A stretch of DNA of 64,000 bases from Mobula hypostoma (lineage: Eukaryota). The stretch lies in the NCBI RefSeq assembly GCF_963921235.1, contig NC_086097.1, positions 71,736,001 to 71,800,000 of the forward strand, written 5' to 3'. Made by a program: the position numbers and the translations under genes. The notes beneath the pieces were generated by a model. The model had not been told where the DNA came from. It did not search any database and worked only from the letters and a program-made list of their open reading frames with translations. Every line of letters starts with the position of its first letter. Position 1 is the first letter of the stretch. Below, one piece after another: positions 24,795 through 37,130 of the stretch.

Positions 24795-26070
24795 ATAGGA
24801 CCTAGAACAGTAAAGCACACGAACAGGCCTTTTGGCCTATGATGTTATGCTAAACTAATTAAATTAGTAAGCAAAGGCTCAATTAAACTAATCCCTTTTG
24901 CCTGCACAATGTCCATTTTCTACACACTCATGTCCCTATCTAAGAGCCTCTTGAATGTGTCTACCGTATGTATCCATCCACTACAACTTCTGGCACAACA
25001 TTTTTGGTCATCACAGCTTCCTGTGTTTAAAAAAAGTCTTGCCCAGCGCATCACTGAACTTACTCCCCTCAACTTAAACTCATGTCCTTTGGTATTAGAT
25101 ATTTTAATCCTGTGCAAAAGATACCAGCTGTCTTCTCTATCTATGCCTTTCATAATTTTACAGATCTCGGGCTCTGCTGCTCCAGAGAGAGAGAGGAAAT
25201 GTTTGTTCATCTCTCCATATAACACATGCTTTCTAATCCAGGCACATCCTGGTAGCCTCTTCTGCACCCACTCCACATTCCCCAAAGCTATTCCTGTAAT
25301 GGGGCAACCAGAATTGAAATCAATATTTCATATGCTTTATAAAGCTTCCTAATTCTTGAACTCATTTCCTTGACAAATAAAGACAAGCATACCACCCTAG
25401 CAACCTGAGTAGCCTTTTTCAGGGACCATGAACTTGGACCCAAAGATTGCTCTGCTCATCAAAACTTTTAAGAGTCCTGTTATTAACAGTGTATTGTCCC
25501 TTTACATTGATTGCCCAATCTGTAACACTTCACATTGGGCCAGGTTAAACTCCATTTGTTATTTGTCAGTCCATAACCACAGCTTCCTTTATATACTGCT
25601 GTGTCCTTTGCCAGTTTTCTACATTACCCACAAAACCACCAATATTTGTGTCACCTGCAAACCTATAACCCATCCATCTATGTTTTCGTCCAGGTCATTT
25701 ATATGTATATCATAACAGCCAAGGTTCCAGTACAGATTCCTGCAAAACACCAGTAATTATAGACTTCCAGCCAAAATAAGTCCCATCAGCCACTGTCCTC
25801 TGTCTTCTATGGGCAAGCCAATTTTGAATCTAAATGGCCAATTCACTGTGAATCTTTTGCATTTTAACCTCTTGATAAGCCTCCCCATGGGGGACCTTGA
25901 CAAAGAAATACCTTACTAAAATCCATGTAGACGACATCCACAGCTTTACCTTCTTCAATCACCTTTGTCACCTTCTCAAAAATCTGACTCAAGTTAGTAA
26001 GACAGAACCTGCCCTTTAGAAAGTCATGCTGACTGTCCCTAATTATACCATAGTTTTTCAAATGTTTATA
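24795..26070 (-). mobile_element. Degraded CR1 LINE (RT and 3'UTR)
   Basis: ORF 25864..26178 IRDSQHDFLKGRFCLTNL...VDVVYMDFSK; ORF 24920..25285 KIMKGIDRED. Confidence 0.85.
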
Positions 26071-26876
26071 GTTCGATCCAAGCCTAATGGTATATTTCTG
26101 TGTAAACACTCTCCCATGTCTGTCCAAGGCTTTCAGTATTTCCCCTCTGTGGCAATTGATGCTCATGCACTGATCCACCAGCTATACGTGCATTTCAGAT
26201 GGTTATGAATAGTGGAGAGGTTGATCCTTTCCTTCGACCCTCGCCAGCAGATGCAGCCTTGCCCAACACCCATGGGAGGATTGTGAGCATACTCTCAATG
26301 GGCAATGTTCCATGGTCTAGGAGTAGGCCATGGCTCTGGTGAGATGGGATACAAGCGAGTCCTGGTGTTTCGTTGGCAAGGAAATCTCAGTAAATCACTC
26401 TGTAAGTTTAAGTCAGCTTTAGAAAAGTCCACAAACTAGGAGAGGTAGTGGGGGACAGGGATTTTACTGAGTATATCATCCAGGGTTCACTAACAGAAGC
26501 AGGGTTATGAGCATCTTCCTGAAAAAGGGTCTCATCCAGAAGTCGATGTATTACTCTGGATTTCCCACATCTGCAGAATCTTTTGTGTTTAGTATGTCAC
26601 TACACAATCTCCCATAATCCAGTGAATGAAAACCAGGCTACACAACCCCTCCTTGTAACTCAGGCACTCAAGTCCAGGCAAAACCCTTGTGAATATTTTC
26701 CATGCTCTTTCTGGTTTGTTAACATCTTTCTACAGCAGGATGAATGGAGCTGTGCACATATTATTCCGAGTGCAGCTTCATTACCATCTTATAGCACTAC
26801 AACATAACCTGGCACGTCCGATAGTCAATGCCCTCACTGATTAGGGCCAGCATAATATGCAGTTACGTGAACAGGT

Positions 26877-28164
26877 TGTTATGTACCCCTGGGGTTCATA
26901 TTTTCTGTGGACTGTCACTTTAAAACATTGGGAGAATGAGACTGACTTTTGGACACTGTTTGAGCTGCTCCAGAGAGAGAGAGAGAGAGGTGGAGTTATT
27001 TGATGGACAATCGATGTTATGGTTTCTATGCAGCGTGTTTACTTTTTACAAGGACAGTTACAGACACAGAGAAACACATGCTCAGGGTCAAGATGGATTC
27101 AGTCAATGGAAGACACCAGTGAGTCGGTGGCTTGTTTAAACTTTTAGTAGCCCAAAAGGGGTGAGTTGAGATCGATCCTGAGTATTGATAAATGACTCTC
27201 ACAAGTTATTCTGCAACTAGAACAAGTTTGCAGGAAGAGAAGAGAGGAGAGATAGGTTTGAAACAGAAGAAACCTATTGACAAAGAGATCACCGTTTGGA
27301 CTCTCTCTCTAAGTAGCCCGTGAGGATGAGTTTGTTTCCATTCAACTACGAAAGTGTGATTGTCACTTAGTTAATCCACAGGAGTGGGTTCTCTGGTGAG
27401 GGGAAAACCTTTGTGAATACCACATGCATATTTACCCTTTGTCTGGGTGTGGTATTTCACTGAAGAAAGGCACCCCTGTGGCAAATCACTGTTGGAGTTA
27501 TTTTGTATGTCATGGAACTGAATAAGTGGCTATCACGTTGTGTGTTTGGGGTAACTGTGTGGAATCTACTGGTGTGTCAACCTTGCCTGGGTGGTGGTTC
27601 CCTTGAAGAGGATCTCCTTTGTGATAAGCTACTGTTGGTGATCATTCATACATGGATTCTGTTGGAGTATCCTGTGGCCACCACTTTGAGATGTCTCGTA
27701 GCTGAATTCTGGTGTGGTACACTTGTGTTGAAAAGATATTCGTTGAAGATCATGGTCGGTGATATTTCATGTGTGGACTGGAACAACTTTGGAGATAAAA
27801 CGTACTACTATTGTTATCTTGTATTGCTGTCTTGGAATCTGTGGAATATCGATCTAATTGCCTTCTTACAACATTTGCCTTTTGGATTACAAACATCTCG
27901 CATTAATTAACCTGAGCATTGAACTGATCTATCTTACATTCCATCGTAAGACTGTATCCCTTACCACCTAAGCTTGAAGAAGTTTGGGTTTTATATTTAC
28001 ACACCTGTATATGCATAAGGTCTGCTAACCTGTTTGATTTATCTGGTTTTATATTACTCTATTGCGTAGTTACTAATAAAAATAGCATTAGTTAAAAGCA
28101 AAACCAGACTCCAGGTGTGTTCCATTTCTGCTGGTTCTTTTAACCCGTTACGGGGTACGTAACA
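26877..28164 (+). mobile_element. Solo LTR-like element (1288 bp)
   Basis: TG...CA ends with 13-bp imperfect inverted termini tgttatgtacccc / ggggtacgtaaca; AATAAA at about 28075; no coding potential. Confidence 0.65.
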
Positions 28165-28579
28165 AACTGAATGTACTGTATTTGAAGAAATGTCCATTCT
28201 TGCAAAGAAAATTAAGAAATCTTTTCACACTGCATGGAGACTTATTGGAAGTTAGTCCATTATCAAATATTTTTGAATTTTTAGAGCTCTGTAGAGGCTG
28301 TAGCTGTGTTTCCTCACCAGAGCTCGGAGCTGAATGAGCTATATTTATTAATCTGAACATGCATCTGATGCTGCTTACACATTCAGGATCATTTAAGTTA
28401 CCCAGCTGGTTTTCATCGTACTCAGTTGGTTTTGTATAGGCGTACCTTCTCAGGAAGATTTTCTCTGTCAATCTGTGCAACTTACTCACACAAAAATGCT
28501 GCAAGTATTCAAGTCTTCAATTTTTACATTGACGGACTGATGGCTGAGTAATTGCCTGTCGTGTCCATAAAACCATAAG

Positions 28580-29000
28580 ATATCTGAGCCTGTACTCACT
28601 GGAATTCAGAAGAATAGAGGTGGGGTGGGGGGGGGGGGTGGCCTCATTGAAACCTTTCAAATGTTGAAAGGCCTCAATAGAGTGTATGTGAAGAGGATGT
28701 TTCCTATGGCGAGGGAGTCTTAGACCGGAAGACAGAAGGATGTTCATTTAGAACGGAGATGAAGTGTGGTGAATCTAAAGAATTTGTTGCCACAGGCAGC
28801 TGTGGAGTCAGGTCTTTATGTATACTTAAGGCAGTGGTTGATAGATTCTTAATTAGTCAGGGCATGACAAGATACGGGGGGGTGGGAGGAAGGCAGGGGG
28901 TTGGGACTGAGAGTGAAAATGGATCAGCCATGAGGAAATGGTGGAGCAGACTTGATGGGCCAATTGGTCTAATTCTGCTCCTATATCTTGTGGACTTATG
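28580..29000 (+). mobile_element. CR1 3' end
   Basis: gcctgtactcactggaattcagaaga...ctaattctgctcctatatctt. Confidence 0.8.
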
Positions 29001-29246
29001 AATTCTCTCCAGGATTTTCCCTCGCTCCTGAATCTGCCTGCATATTTATAGCTGAATGTCCCAGTGGCTACTGGGGGATCTGTAGTGTAATTCCATCAGA
29101 GTGATTGCATCTTTCTTGTTTTGAGTTCTACCCAATAGACTCATTGGATGAGCCCTCCATTATGTTCCGTGCTGTGATACAGTGTCTAATTATTAGCACA
29201 ACTTTATCTTTTCTAAAACATCAAAACTCTGGAACATTAAGCATCC

Positions 29247-29790
29247 ATTCAAAGTTCAAAGTAAATTTATTATCAAAGTACACATTTACATCCCTGAGAT
29301 TCATTTTCTTGCAGGCATACTTGTTAAATCCCAGAGACATAATAGAATCAATGAAAGACTGCTCCCAACAGGATGGACAAACAACCAACATGCAAAAGTC
29401 AACAATCCGTGCAAATACAAAATAAAAGTATAACAATACATAAATAAACAATATATATTGAGAACATGAGATGCAGAGTCCTTGAAAATGTGTCCATAGA
29501 TTGTGGGAGTAGTTCAGTGATGCAGAGAGTGAAGTTGAGTGAAGTTATGTCCACTGGTTCAAGAGCCTGGTGGTTGAGGGTTAATAATCATTCCTGAACC
29601 TGGTGGTGTGGATCATGTGGCTCCTACACCTTCTTCCTGATGGCAGCAGAGAGCATGCCTGGGTGCTGGGGCTCCTTGATGATGGATGCTACTTTCCTGT
29701 GATCACACACCATGTAGAAATGCTCCATGGTGGGGAGAATTTATCTGTGATGGACTGGGTCATATTCAATACTTTTTGCAGGATTTCCCA
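29247..29790 (-). mobile_element. Rex1/Babar-like 3' end
   Basis: ttcaaagttcaaagtaaatttattatc tail; ttcctgaacctggtggtgtg...cttcctgatggcagc coding end, as at 300-380. Confidence 0.7.
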
Positions 29791-29899
29791 TTCAACCACT
29801 ACTTTTTGTTTCTCTTGCCATTTCTTTAGCATTTGTTTTTACAATGTTGAGTTGCTAGCGCCACAGGGTGCAGAGAGGAACAACTATTTTTTGTAGAAT

Positions 29900-30570
29900 T
29901 TTCCATTCCCACTGTCACTGCCTTATCCCTCTCTCAATCAAGTCTCTGTAATGCCTACACCATCATAGTTCCACGTACTACCTAATCCATGCTTTAAAGT
30001 CATCACCCTTACCCATAATACTCCTAGCATTAAAATACACAAACTTCAAACCATCCATCCTATTTTGTCCATTATCTTGATCCTCCCTGTTCATACTGGT
30101 CCTGACATTCTTCCTCTCATTCCTCGCACTTTATGATCTGATGCTCTGGATCTCATCCCCCTCCTGAGTAGCACTAGTGAACCTCCCAGCCAGGATATTG
30201 GCTCCCCTCCAGTCAAAGAGTACCCCGTCCCTCTTGTACAGGTCACCGCTTCCCCAGAAGAGGTTCCAATGATCCAAGAACCTGAAGCCCTGCCACTTTG
30301 CATCAGTTCCTTAGCCACACACTTATCTAATCTGTTTTTCTATTTCTGCCTTGATTAGAATGTGACACTGGGAGTAATTCAGAGATTAGTACCTTTTCGG
30401 CCCCTTTCCTAACTCCCTACACTCATTACAAAGGACTCATTTCCCTTTTTACCCATGTCACTAGTGCCAATTTGCAACATGACCGCTGTCTGCAGAGAAT
30501 GTTCTGCAGCTTCTCTGAGACATCCTTGACCCTGGCACCTGGGAAGCAACACACCATCCTGGCATGTCCC
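29900..30570 (-). mobile_element. Degraded CR1 ORF1 (esterase-like)/ORF2 junction; APE remnant also at 29000-29230
   Basis: Minus strand gives DHWNLFWG..DLYKRDG...WRGANILAGRF motifs typical of the CR1 ORF1 C-terminus. Confidence 0.6.
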
Positions 30571-31296
30571 CACATCATCTGATTCCCTTGATATCCAGTA
30601 GTGTGTCTTGGATGTATTCTACAGCTATCTTGGCAATGAATTCCAAAGACCTACTACCCTCTGGGTGAAGATATTTCTTCTCAACTCAGTTGTGAATGGC
30701 TGCCCTCTATTTCTGAGACTGCGACCCCTGGTTTTAGGCATTGAACTTAGTTAAATTACATGTACCATGTCAAACCATGCAAGAGTGAATGACAACAAAA
30801 ACACTCTCATGTTTCCAATCTCTAAAGAGTATGAAATACTGTTTACTCAATCTGATTGTTAACATGTCCAGCAAACATTTCTAGAAATATATAAAAAAGC
30901 AAAGGAACAGTAAATGTGAGCAAATCAAGGGTGGATTTGGGCACATCTGTAGTGGATAATGAGAAAATGGCAGGGCCATAAATAAATGCTTATTTTTGTT
31001 GTAATTCATAGTTCAGAGATGGGAAAAAAGGTCAAAAGAAAAAGAAAATAAAGAAGTCAATAACTTAATAAACTCAGTAAAATTAATATAAGGAAATACT
31101 ATATCTTGGATTCAGGTCCAGGATATATTGAAAGATAGATTAAAGTTAAAAAGAATAATTGCAGATCTGTAAATCTAAACCAAAAAGTGGAGATGTAAAT
31201 AAGTTGAGCTAATTTTGAGATGAATTTCTGACTTCAGCCTTTCCCATTTCTCTCCACCCTACTGTTCCACAAACACTCCAGGAATTTTCTCACTAA

Positions 31297-31537
31297 GTAA
31301 TACACACATATTACTGGAGGAACTCACCATCTATGGAGAGGAATAAACCGTTGACATTTCAGGCTAAGACCCTTCATTCAGACATTCATCATTAGTCCTG
31401 ATAGAGGGTCTTGCCCCGAAACGTCAATTGTTTATTCCCCTCCATAGGTAGTGCCTGACCTGCTGAGATCCTCCAGAATTTTGCTTGTGTTACTCCGGAT
31501 TTCCAATATCTGCAGAATCTCTTATGTTTATAAGAAC
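31297..31537. mobile_element. Miniature Penelope-derived inverted-repeat element
   Basis: Inverted termini with two hammerhead-like motifs; 8-bp TSD ctcactaa at 31289-31296 and 31538-31545. Confidence 0.75.
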
Positions 31538-32319
31538 CTCACTAAATTCCTTTCCCCTCTCTGCAGCTCTCCATTTTCAGACCCTTCCTAACCCCAGCTC
31601 TTTGGCTGAGTTTTTAGTCATCTTAGCCGATCCAATCTGATGCTTTCTTTGCTGTGGTTATAGTTTAAATTTTCCTTGTGAGGTGTTTTGACTATGTTGA
31701 TAGTGCTTCATAAGGTAATGCTTGTGAGGGGAAATAATTATTGAATGGACAGAAAAGAAGACAACCCATCTGTCTCACAGCTGCTAGAACTCAGATATAT
31801 GGCTTTGGCACAATTCCATGGTATCAGGCTTGCCAGGTGCACATAACTTCATCATCGGCAATTGCTGGGACAAGCCTTCCATTTGTGTTAACAACAGGAC
31901 CTGATCTTTATCACGCTGTTGCACATAATTGACAATTTTACATAATGTTGGATTCCTTCCAGGATTGCTGTACCACAGGACAAACGCATATATTCGGCAA
32001 AGCCATGGCAGGAATTCATGGCAGACTGATCACAGACCCCTGCAACTTGGATCTGTGTACAAGAGCCGTTGTTTGTTTAAAGTGAAGTCCCATCAGGAGC
32101 TATTATTCAGCTGCGAGGCATGGCTTCGTGATTTCCTGTCTTACCCAAAGGTTCACACAGACAGCATACAGACAGGCAGAAGGCTCTCTGATACATGCTG
32201 CTTGTCCCACACAACCTGTGATTTTTTTTGCCATGTGATCTATACATTCCCCATTCTGCACCAAAATGAAGTAGCCATTAGTAAGAAATAGGTAGCACGA
32301 TGTTAGTCATAAGTATCCA

Positions 32320-32433
32320 GACAAACAAAATGTTGAAGGAGCACAGCAGATCAAGCAGTATCTATAGAGGAAAATTAATAGTTGATGTCCTGGGCCGAGA
32401 CTCTTCATCAACACTTCATCATGAGTCCTGATG
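32320..32433 (-). mobile_element. Penelope terminal remnant
   Basis: aaaatgttgaaggagcacagcagatcaagcagtatctatagagg...gttgatgtcctgggccgagactcttcatc. Confidence 0.6.
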
Positions 32434-33602
32434 TATTCCTCTGGGGGAAGTTCTTGAGAATGTGAGAAGAATAAAATATGCTTGGGTTGGGTTAATGTTA
32501 AAATGGATGTTTGTTTGTCAGTGTGAACTCGATGGGCTGAAAGGCTAGTTTCCATCGTGCATCTTGCTATAACTCTGATTTTCTAATTTGCTTTCCATCT
32601 AAACTGCATGACATAATTGTAGTTCTGTAGTAACACTCATTCAGCAAAAAGCCTGGGTTTAATTATATAGCAGATTTCCCTTCAATATGAATGTTCTTTT
32701 TAGGTGCAGAAACTATTTAAGGAACGTTGACTTATGTTATGGTTCTTTAAATATTTCCATAATTACTTGGCTCTGTGCCATGGTAGCAATTTCACATATT
32801 TCTGATACCACTGGTGCTGTCACAATGTGGGTCTAATTACTGATTTGAATCTAATTACTCAATTAGAAATTTTTGTGTAATTTCTGGATCTTGAGATTAG
32901 AATATTCGCTGCAGCAGGGTTTCTAGTTTACAAACAGAGTGTTAATGTTTCTCCTCCCACAAATATAAAACATTCTGAAAGCTGCATCTATCAAAGATGA
33001 AATTTTTAATCAATGTGCTTAGCCTATTGTGCATTGATAGAAATTTATTGCATGCCTGAGAGAAATGGAGGCCGGCAGATATGATCCAGCAAGCAATCAA
33101 CAGGGAATCACCATTGCAACCTGGTCATTCTAATACATCATTAAAAGCAAACATTTAAGTAGCTTAAATGTGGAACATAACAGATGAAGCAGGAATTGAA
33201 GGCATTGAAATAAAAAACGAACAGTATAAACTAAAATCAGCCACTTGGAAAATGCAGAGGCATGCATGTAAGGTAATTGTCAGAAGGATTAGCAGACAAT
33301 ATTCACCTGAAGTGTGGTGGAATTTGGAGCTCACTTCCTGAAAGAGGGCAGAGGTAAAAACACTCAATTAATTGAATATCTACTCAACTGAGTAATTGAA
33401 GTGCCATAGCTTATGGATTTCTACCAGAGCTACAAACTAAGAGCTGAATGCTGAAAAGCTTGTGTTGCATCTTGCCTGAAAATGGAGATGTGTCATTGTG
33501 TTTTTTGTTATAGTGGAAAACCAAAAGATCCAGTTTTTTTAAATGTCAGACTGTGAAGAAATGTTTTAACCTAAAATAATTATTCAAAAACCATCATAGA
33601 AA

Positions 33603-34302
33603 GGTTTGTCCATCTTCATCATTGAAGACCTCGACACCATTAGTACTTTTTTACGAGGTGGAGTTGCTAGCTCGACACTCAACCCGGCACGGATGGAAAG
33701 CGTGCCTGGGAGTGGCCTGACTGGATTCGAACTTGGGAACCTTCACTCTGGGGTCCGGCGCTGATGTCACTGCGCCACCAGCCAGCTTTATGGTGTTGAG
33801 ACTAGCGCTTGTTTGGATTTAAGTGAGGGAGAGTTGCGCAGCGTTAGCCTCAGTCTCTCTTCCCAATTCCCATCTGGATCCAGTGGCAAGACAAGAGTCA
33901 AGATGGCTGGAGATGGGACTAAGCGCAGTAGATGACCAGGACATCTTCTGTGTCTTGTTGTGCTCTACGCGATCCACGACGCTTGCAGAGACTGCCTTCT
34001 TGACCGTTGGACCTTCCATTAGTCTCGTCAGCTCAATCTGCCGGAGTCTGTCTTCACATGCTGGATAGACATCTCCCTATCTCACCGAGGGTTTGAGACC
34101 CTTCGGCTACCCTCACCTGGTTTAGCCGGCTTGTCGAAGCCGTTGCCCGGGTTGTGGCCGCTGTCGCATGCAAACAGCTACGGGGAGCCACAAGTGAGAG
34201 CTGAGTGCCAGGTGGGGACCAAAGGTGGACTAACCGCCCTGAAAAGGACGTGACATATTCCCCCACCAGAGGTGCTACCCCTCCCTGATGCCCCATACAC
34301 TC
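33603..34302 (-). mobile_element. Non-autonomous RTE-derived element with TSD
   Basis: ggatttaagtgagggag...ccatctggatccagtggc and ccctcacctggtttagcc...tgtggccgctg...gagccacaagtgagag resemble RTE UTR sequences; near-perfect 12-bp TSD ccaYcatagaaa at 33591-33602 and 34303-34314. Confidence 0.65.
33640..33788 (-). mobile_element. tRNA-derived SINE nested in the RTE element
   Basis: Minus strand: A box TGGCGCAGTG, B box GTTCGAATCC, ends ctcgtaaaaaa; splits the host hairpin ctcgacaccat / atggtgttgag. Confidence 0.75.
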
Positions 34303-34424
34303 CCACCATAGAAAACAATACAAATGAAGCCCCCTCTCACAGGGCTTGTATGGAAGCTTGGCTTGTTGCTGGCCCTGCAAACAGCCATGGGACTCAGCAG
34401 TGAAAAGGTTACCTTTCATAAACA

Positions 34425-35185
34425 ATAGCCACCTAGGGTCAGTATGATTTGGGGTTCAACCTAACAGGAACATCACGATGTTCCGACTAAAGAAACCTCG
34501 ATTTGAGCAAATGCTGTGTAAATAGTGCCCAGACACAATTGTTAGTCGGCTAGAAATTACAGATCGTACACTGCATAAAGTTATAAAGAAACCATATTTA
34601 CAAATTTCAGCTTTCTCAAACAATTAGTAGGAAAAAGAAAAGGGGAAAAAAAATAAAAGGGCCCATTACAGTTAACCCCGTCCAAATATGCACAGAAAGT
34701 TGCAGCTCATCTTGAAGTTGTCCTTTTTACTCACATGCTGGACCCACAGTCTGCGATAAAACTCGCACCACATCCTGAATGTTGCTCGAAATCCATCTTG
34801 AACAAACAAGCGCTCTCTCTGGAGTATTGGCCCTTCCTTCTTGGAGTTATTCATCTGCACAAATCACATGGTGCAATGGGGATTCTCCTTCCCACAGCAT
34901 CCTCAGCCGTCTTCCCACCTATTCTCTGTGCAGCTCCCGCCAAAAAGGCCATGAACCCCAAAAGTGTCCGTCACAAATCTTTCTCCACCCAGCTCTCTCT
35001 AGGATCTTCTCCCAATTCTACCATTCTGACTGGCTAACACAGCATTCCTGAGTTGAGCTTCATAGCCCCCTATCTTTAGCCAAAAACCCAAACATGCAAT
35101 CAACAAGACACACTGCTTCTACAGAAAGATACTAAATAATATATGCCACAGCATTAGCAGTGAAAATATTAACCAGGGCATTACA
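34425..35185 (-). mobile_element. LTR-like element (probable solo LTR)
   Basis: Minus strand starts TGTAATGCCCTGG; non-coding; the other end is decayed. Confidence 0.45.
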
Positions 35186-35294
35186 CAAAATAAAATTTTG
35201 AATATCAGTCAATTTACAAATAAAAAATCCGCCATTGATAATGTAACCAAACATTTTCTAGTTTTACAACAGTTGGGTGTAAAGTAGCCTCTAC

Positions 35295-35765
35295 TTCATT
35301 TGGAGTTTGAGGAGATGTGGTATATCACTGAAGACTCTTGCAAATTGATACAGATGCACAATGGAGAGCATTCTGACTGGTGCATCACCGAGAATAGAGA
35401 CTTCAATGCACAGGATTGAAGGCGGGGGGTGCAACAAGATGTAAACTCAATGAGCTTCATCAAGGGTATAACCCTCCCTACCATTGAGGACATCTTGAAG
35501 AGGCGGTGCCTCAGGAAGGCAATATCGATCTTGAAGGACCCTCACCATCCCAGACATGTCCTCTTCTCATGTCTACTGTCGGGGACCCACACTCAGTGCC
35601 TCAGGAATGGCTTGTCCCTGCAGCCATTAGATTTCTAAATTGTCGATGAACTCATGAATTCTGTCATCATTTATTTATATTTGTAATATATAGTAATTTT
35701 TATGTCTTGCACTGTTCTGCAGCTGCAAAACATTGATGTTCACGATAATCAAGCTGAATCTGACT
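35295..35765 (+). mobile_element. Rex1/Babar-like 3' end
   Basis: ORF 35429..35638 GITLPTIEDILKRRCLRKAISILKDPHHP. Confidence 0.75.
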
Positions 35766-36154
35766 ATTCCTGGTGCTGAGTGCTTCAAGCTGATTTTTTG
35801 GTTTTTATTATTCATTTTTATGTTTCACTGTCATTGTGCTGATCACATTCCTAGTATAACTTACTTAAAAACTCCTCCTATAATATCAAAAAATGAATTG
35901 AAGTTGCAGCATTCTACAGCAACACAAAGCCAACTTTGTTCTGTATGTATTCAGTCCTGCTGAGAAGGATCAAGTTATCATTTGGTTTCATGTGAAAAGT
36001 TCTACCAAGTTCGCAGAGGAAAAAGTTGTTCCTAAGTTGACATTCTTGTAGAGGTAAAGTGTAGGAAGTAAGAAACCTCACAACAATGTGTTTCTTATTT
36101 CATGGCTTAGTTTAATTTTTGGTGGTTAACTTGACAATTTGAAAAGCAAAATAT

Positions 36155-37130
36155 AGACCATAAGACCATGAGACGTAGGAGCAGAATTAGACCACTTGGC
36201 CCAATGAGTCCACTCGGCCGTTCCATCATGGCTGATTTATTATCCCTCTTAACTCCATTCTACTGCCTTCTCCCCATAACCTTTGATGCCCTGATTAATC
36301 AGGAACCTATTTATCTCCACTTTAAGTATGCCTAATGACTTGGTCTCCACAGTTGACTGTGGCAATGAATTCCACAGATACACTACCCTCTAGCTAAAGA
36401 AGTACTTCCTCACCTCTGTTTTAAATGGATGTTCTTCTATTCTGAGGCTGAGCCCTCTGGTCCTACACTCCCCCGCTCTAGGAAATATCCTCTCCACATC
36501 CACTCTATGTAGGCCTTTCAATATTTAATAGGTTTCGATAAGATCTCCCCGCTTTCTTCTAAGCTCTATTCAGTACAGGCCCAAAGGAATCAAATGCTCC
36601 CCATCCATTAGCCCTTTCATTCCCAAAATAATTCTCATGGACTTTCTCTACAATGCTAGGATTTCTTTTCTTAGATGAGGGCACAAAACTGCTCACAATG
36701 CTGTAAGTGCAGTCTAACCAATGCACTATAAAGCCTGAGCATTATATCCTTGCTTTTATATTCTAGTCCTTTTGAAATGAATGCTAACATTGAATTTTCC
36801 TTCCTTACCGCCAACTCAACCTGCAAATTAACCTTAGGGGAATCCTGCACGAGGATTCTAAGGCCCCTTTCCACTTCTGGTTCCTGAATTTTCTCCCCAT
36901 TTAGAAAACAATCTATGCCTTTATTCCTTCTACTTCTTTGCCCGTTCTTTGCTCACTATTCACTTCTTTGGCCATTCCCCCAATCTAAGCCCTTCTGCAG
37001 ACTGTTTGCTTCCTCAATCTTACTTGCCCCTCCACTTATCTTCGTTCGCAAATTTGGCCACAAAGCCGTCAATTCCATCATCCAAATCATGGATATATAA
37101 TGTGAAAAGAAATGGTCGCAATACCAACCC
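36155..37130 (-). mobile_element. CR1 3' fragment
   Basis: ORF 36671..36874 VQDSPKVNLQVE...LYSALVRLHLQHCEQF; (agaccata)n tail. Confidence 0.85.

Noticed and set aside
33700..33788. tRNA gene
   Set aside because: A and B boxes are present but continue into a SINE body and tail; no convincing cloverleaf
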